From assembly GCA_016748015.1 (NCBI GenBank), contig JAAOMT010000659.1:561222-625221 (forward strand): DNA of 64,000 bases. The letters are read 5' to 3'. The notes beneath the pieces were generated by a model, which saw nothing but the letters and a program-made list of their open reading frames with translations, did not search any database and was not told the DNA's origin. Both the position numbers and the translations under genes were made by a program. This document shows positions 63,761 to 64,000 of this stretch, piece by piece; the first letter of the stretch is position 1, and each line of letters starts with the position of its first letter. This DNA is from Geosiphon pyriformis uo1. Taxonomy: Eukaryota; Fungi; Glomeromycota.

Positions 63761-64000
63761 TTTTTTTTTTTTTTTTGTCAACGTGTAGCCACGCCGGTTG
63801 TTTATTAGTTATTCCACAGTGATGTGGTGGTTTCATAAAGCCAGCTCACCCAATAATACATATTACAAGATGCGGCTAACCACAAGTGGAAAGCCCTAAC
63901 TACACGCTAGTACTACCTTTGCTACCTAATATATTAAACATATCTAATTCATACATCTTACCCATAATACATACAAGTTTATGACTACTCTTAACAAGAC
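63761..64000 (-). mobile_element. 3' end of another type-B ORF1-only element (runs off the window)
   Basis: Poly(A), LINE-b-type tail, ...GSKGSTSV* C-terminus. Confidence 0.9.

Overview
AT-rich eukaryotic repeat region with no recognisable host gene; essentially all of it is nested, decaying retroelements. The protein style recalls Glomeromycotina-like fungi such as Geosiphon or Rhizophagus, which is recollection and not a search result. Contents: (i) Two RNase H-bearing LINE families: LINE-a (near full length at 2688-9420, minus strand, plus two 5'-truncated remnants) and LINE-b (29201-29675 + 55676-59398). (ii) Four copies of a ~2.3-2.5 kb single-ORF element encoding only a LINE ORF1-like protein. 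One older copy carries a LINE-a-type 3' tail and three carry the LINE-b 3' tail. (iii) Five large copies (labelled V, W, X, Y, Z), plus fragments and a solo LTR, of one Ty3/gypsy family. Its layout is unusual: gag, -1 slippery site U_UUA_AAC, PR-zinc finger-RT-RNase H, stop, a separately initiated integrase ORF, then a 218-aa extra ORF that reads through the PPT into the 3' LTR. The LTR carries a variable 12-bp repeat array in U3. (iv) The 3' end of a second, divergent gypsy family. Nesting is resolved with 4-bp TSDs: X sits in LINE-b, Y and Z sit in X, an ORF1-only copy sits in Y's LTR, and a solo LTR sits in an ORF1-only copy. Nearly all ORFs are broken by C>T/G>A changes. There is one assembly gap (53057-53076) with a flanking artefactual duplication.
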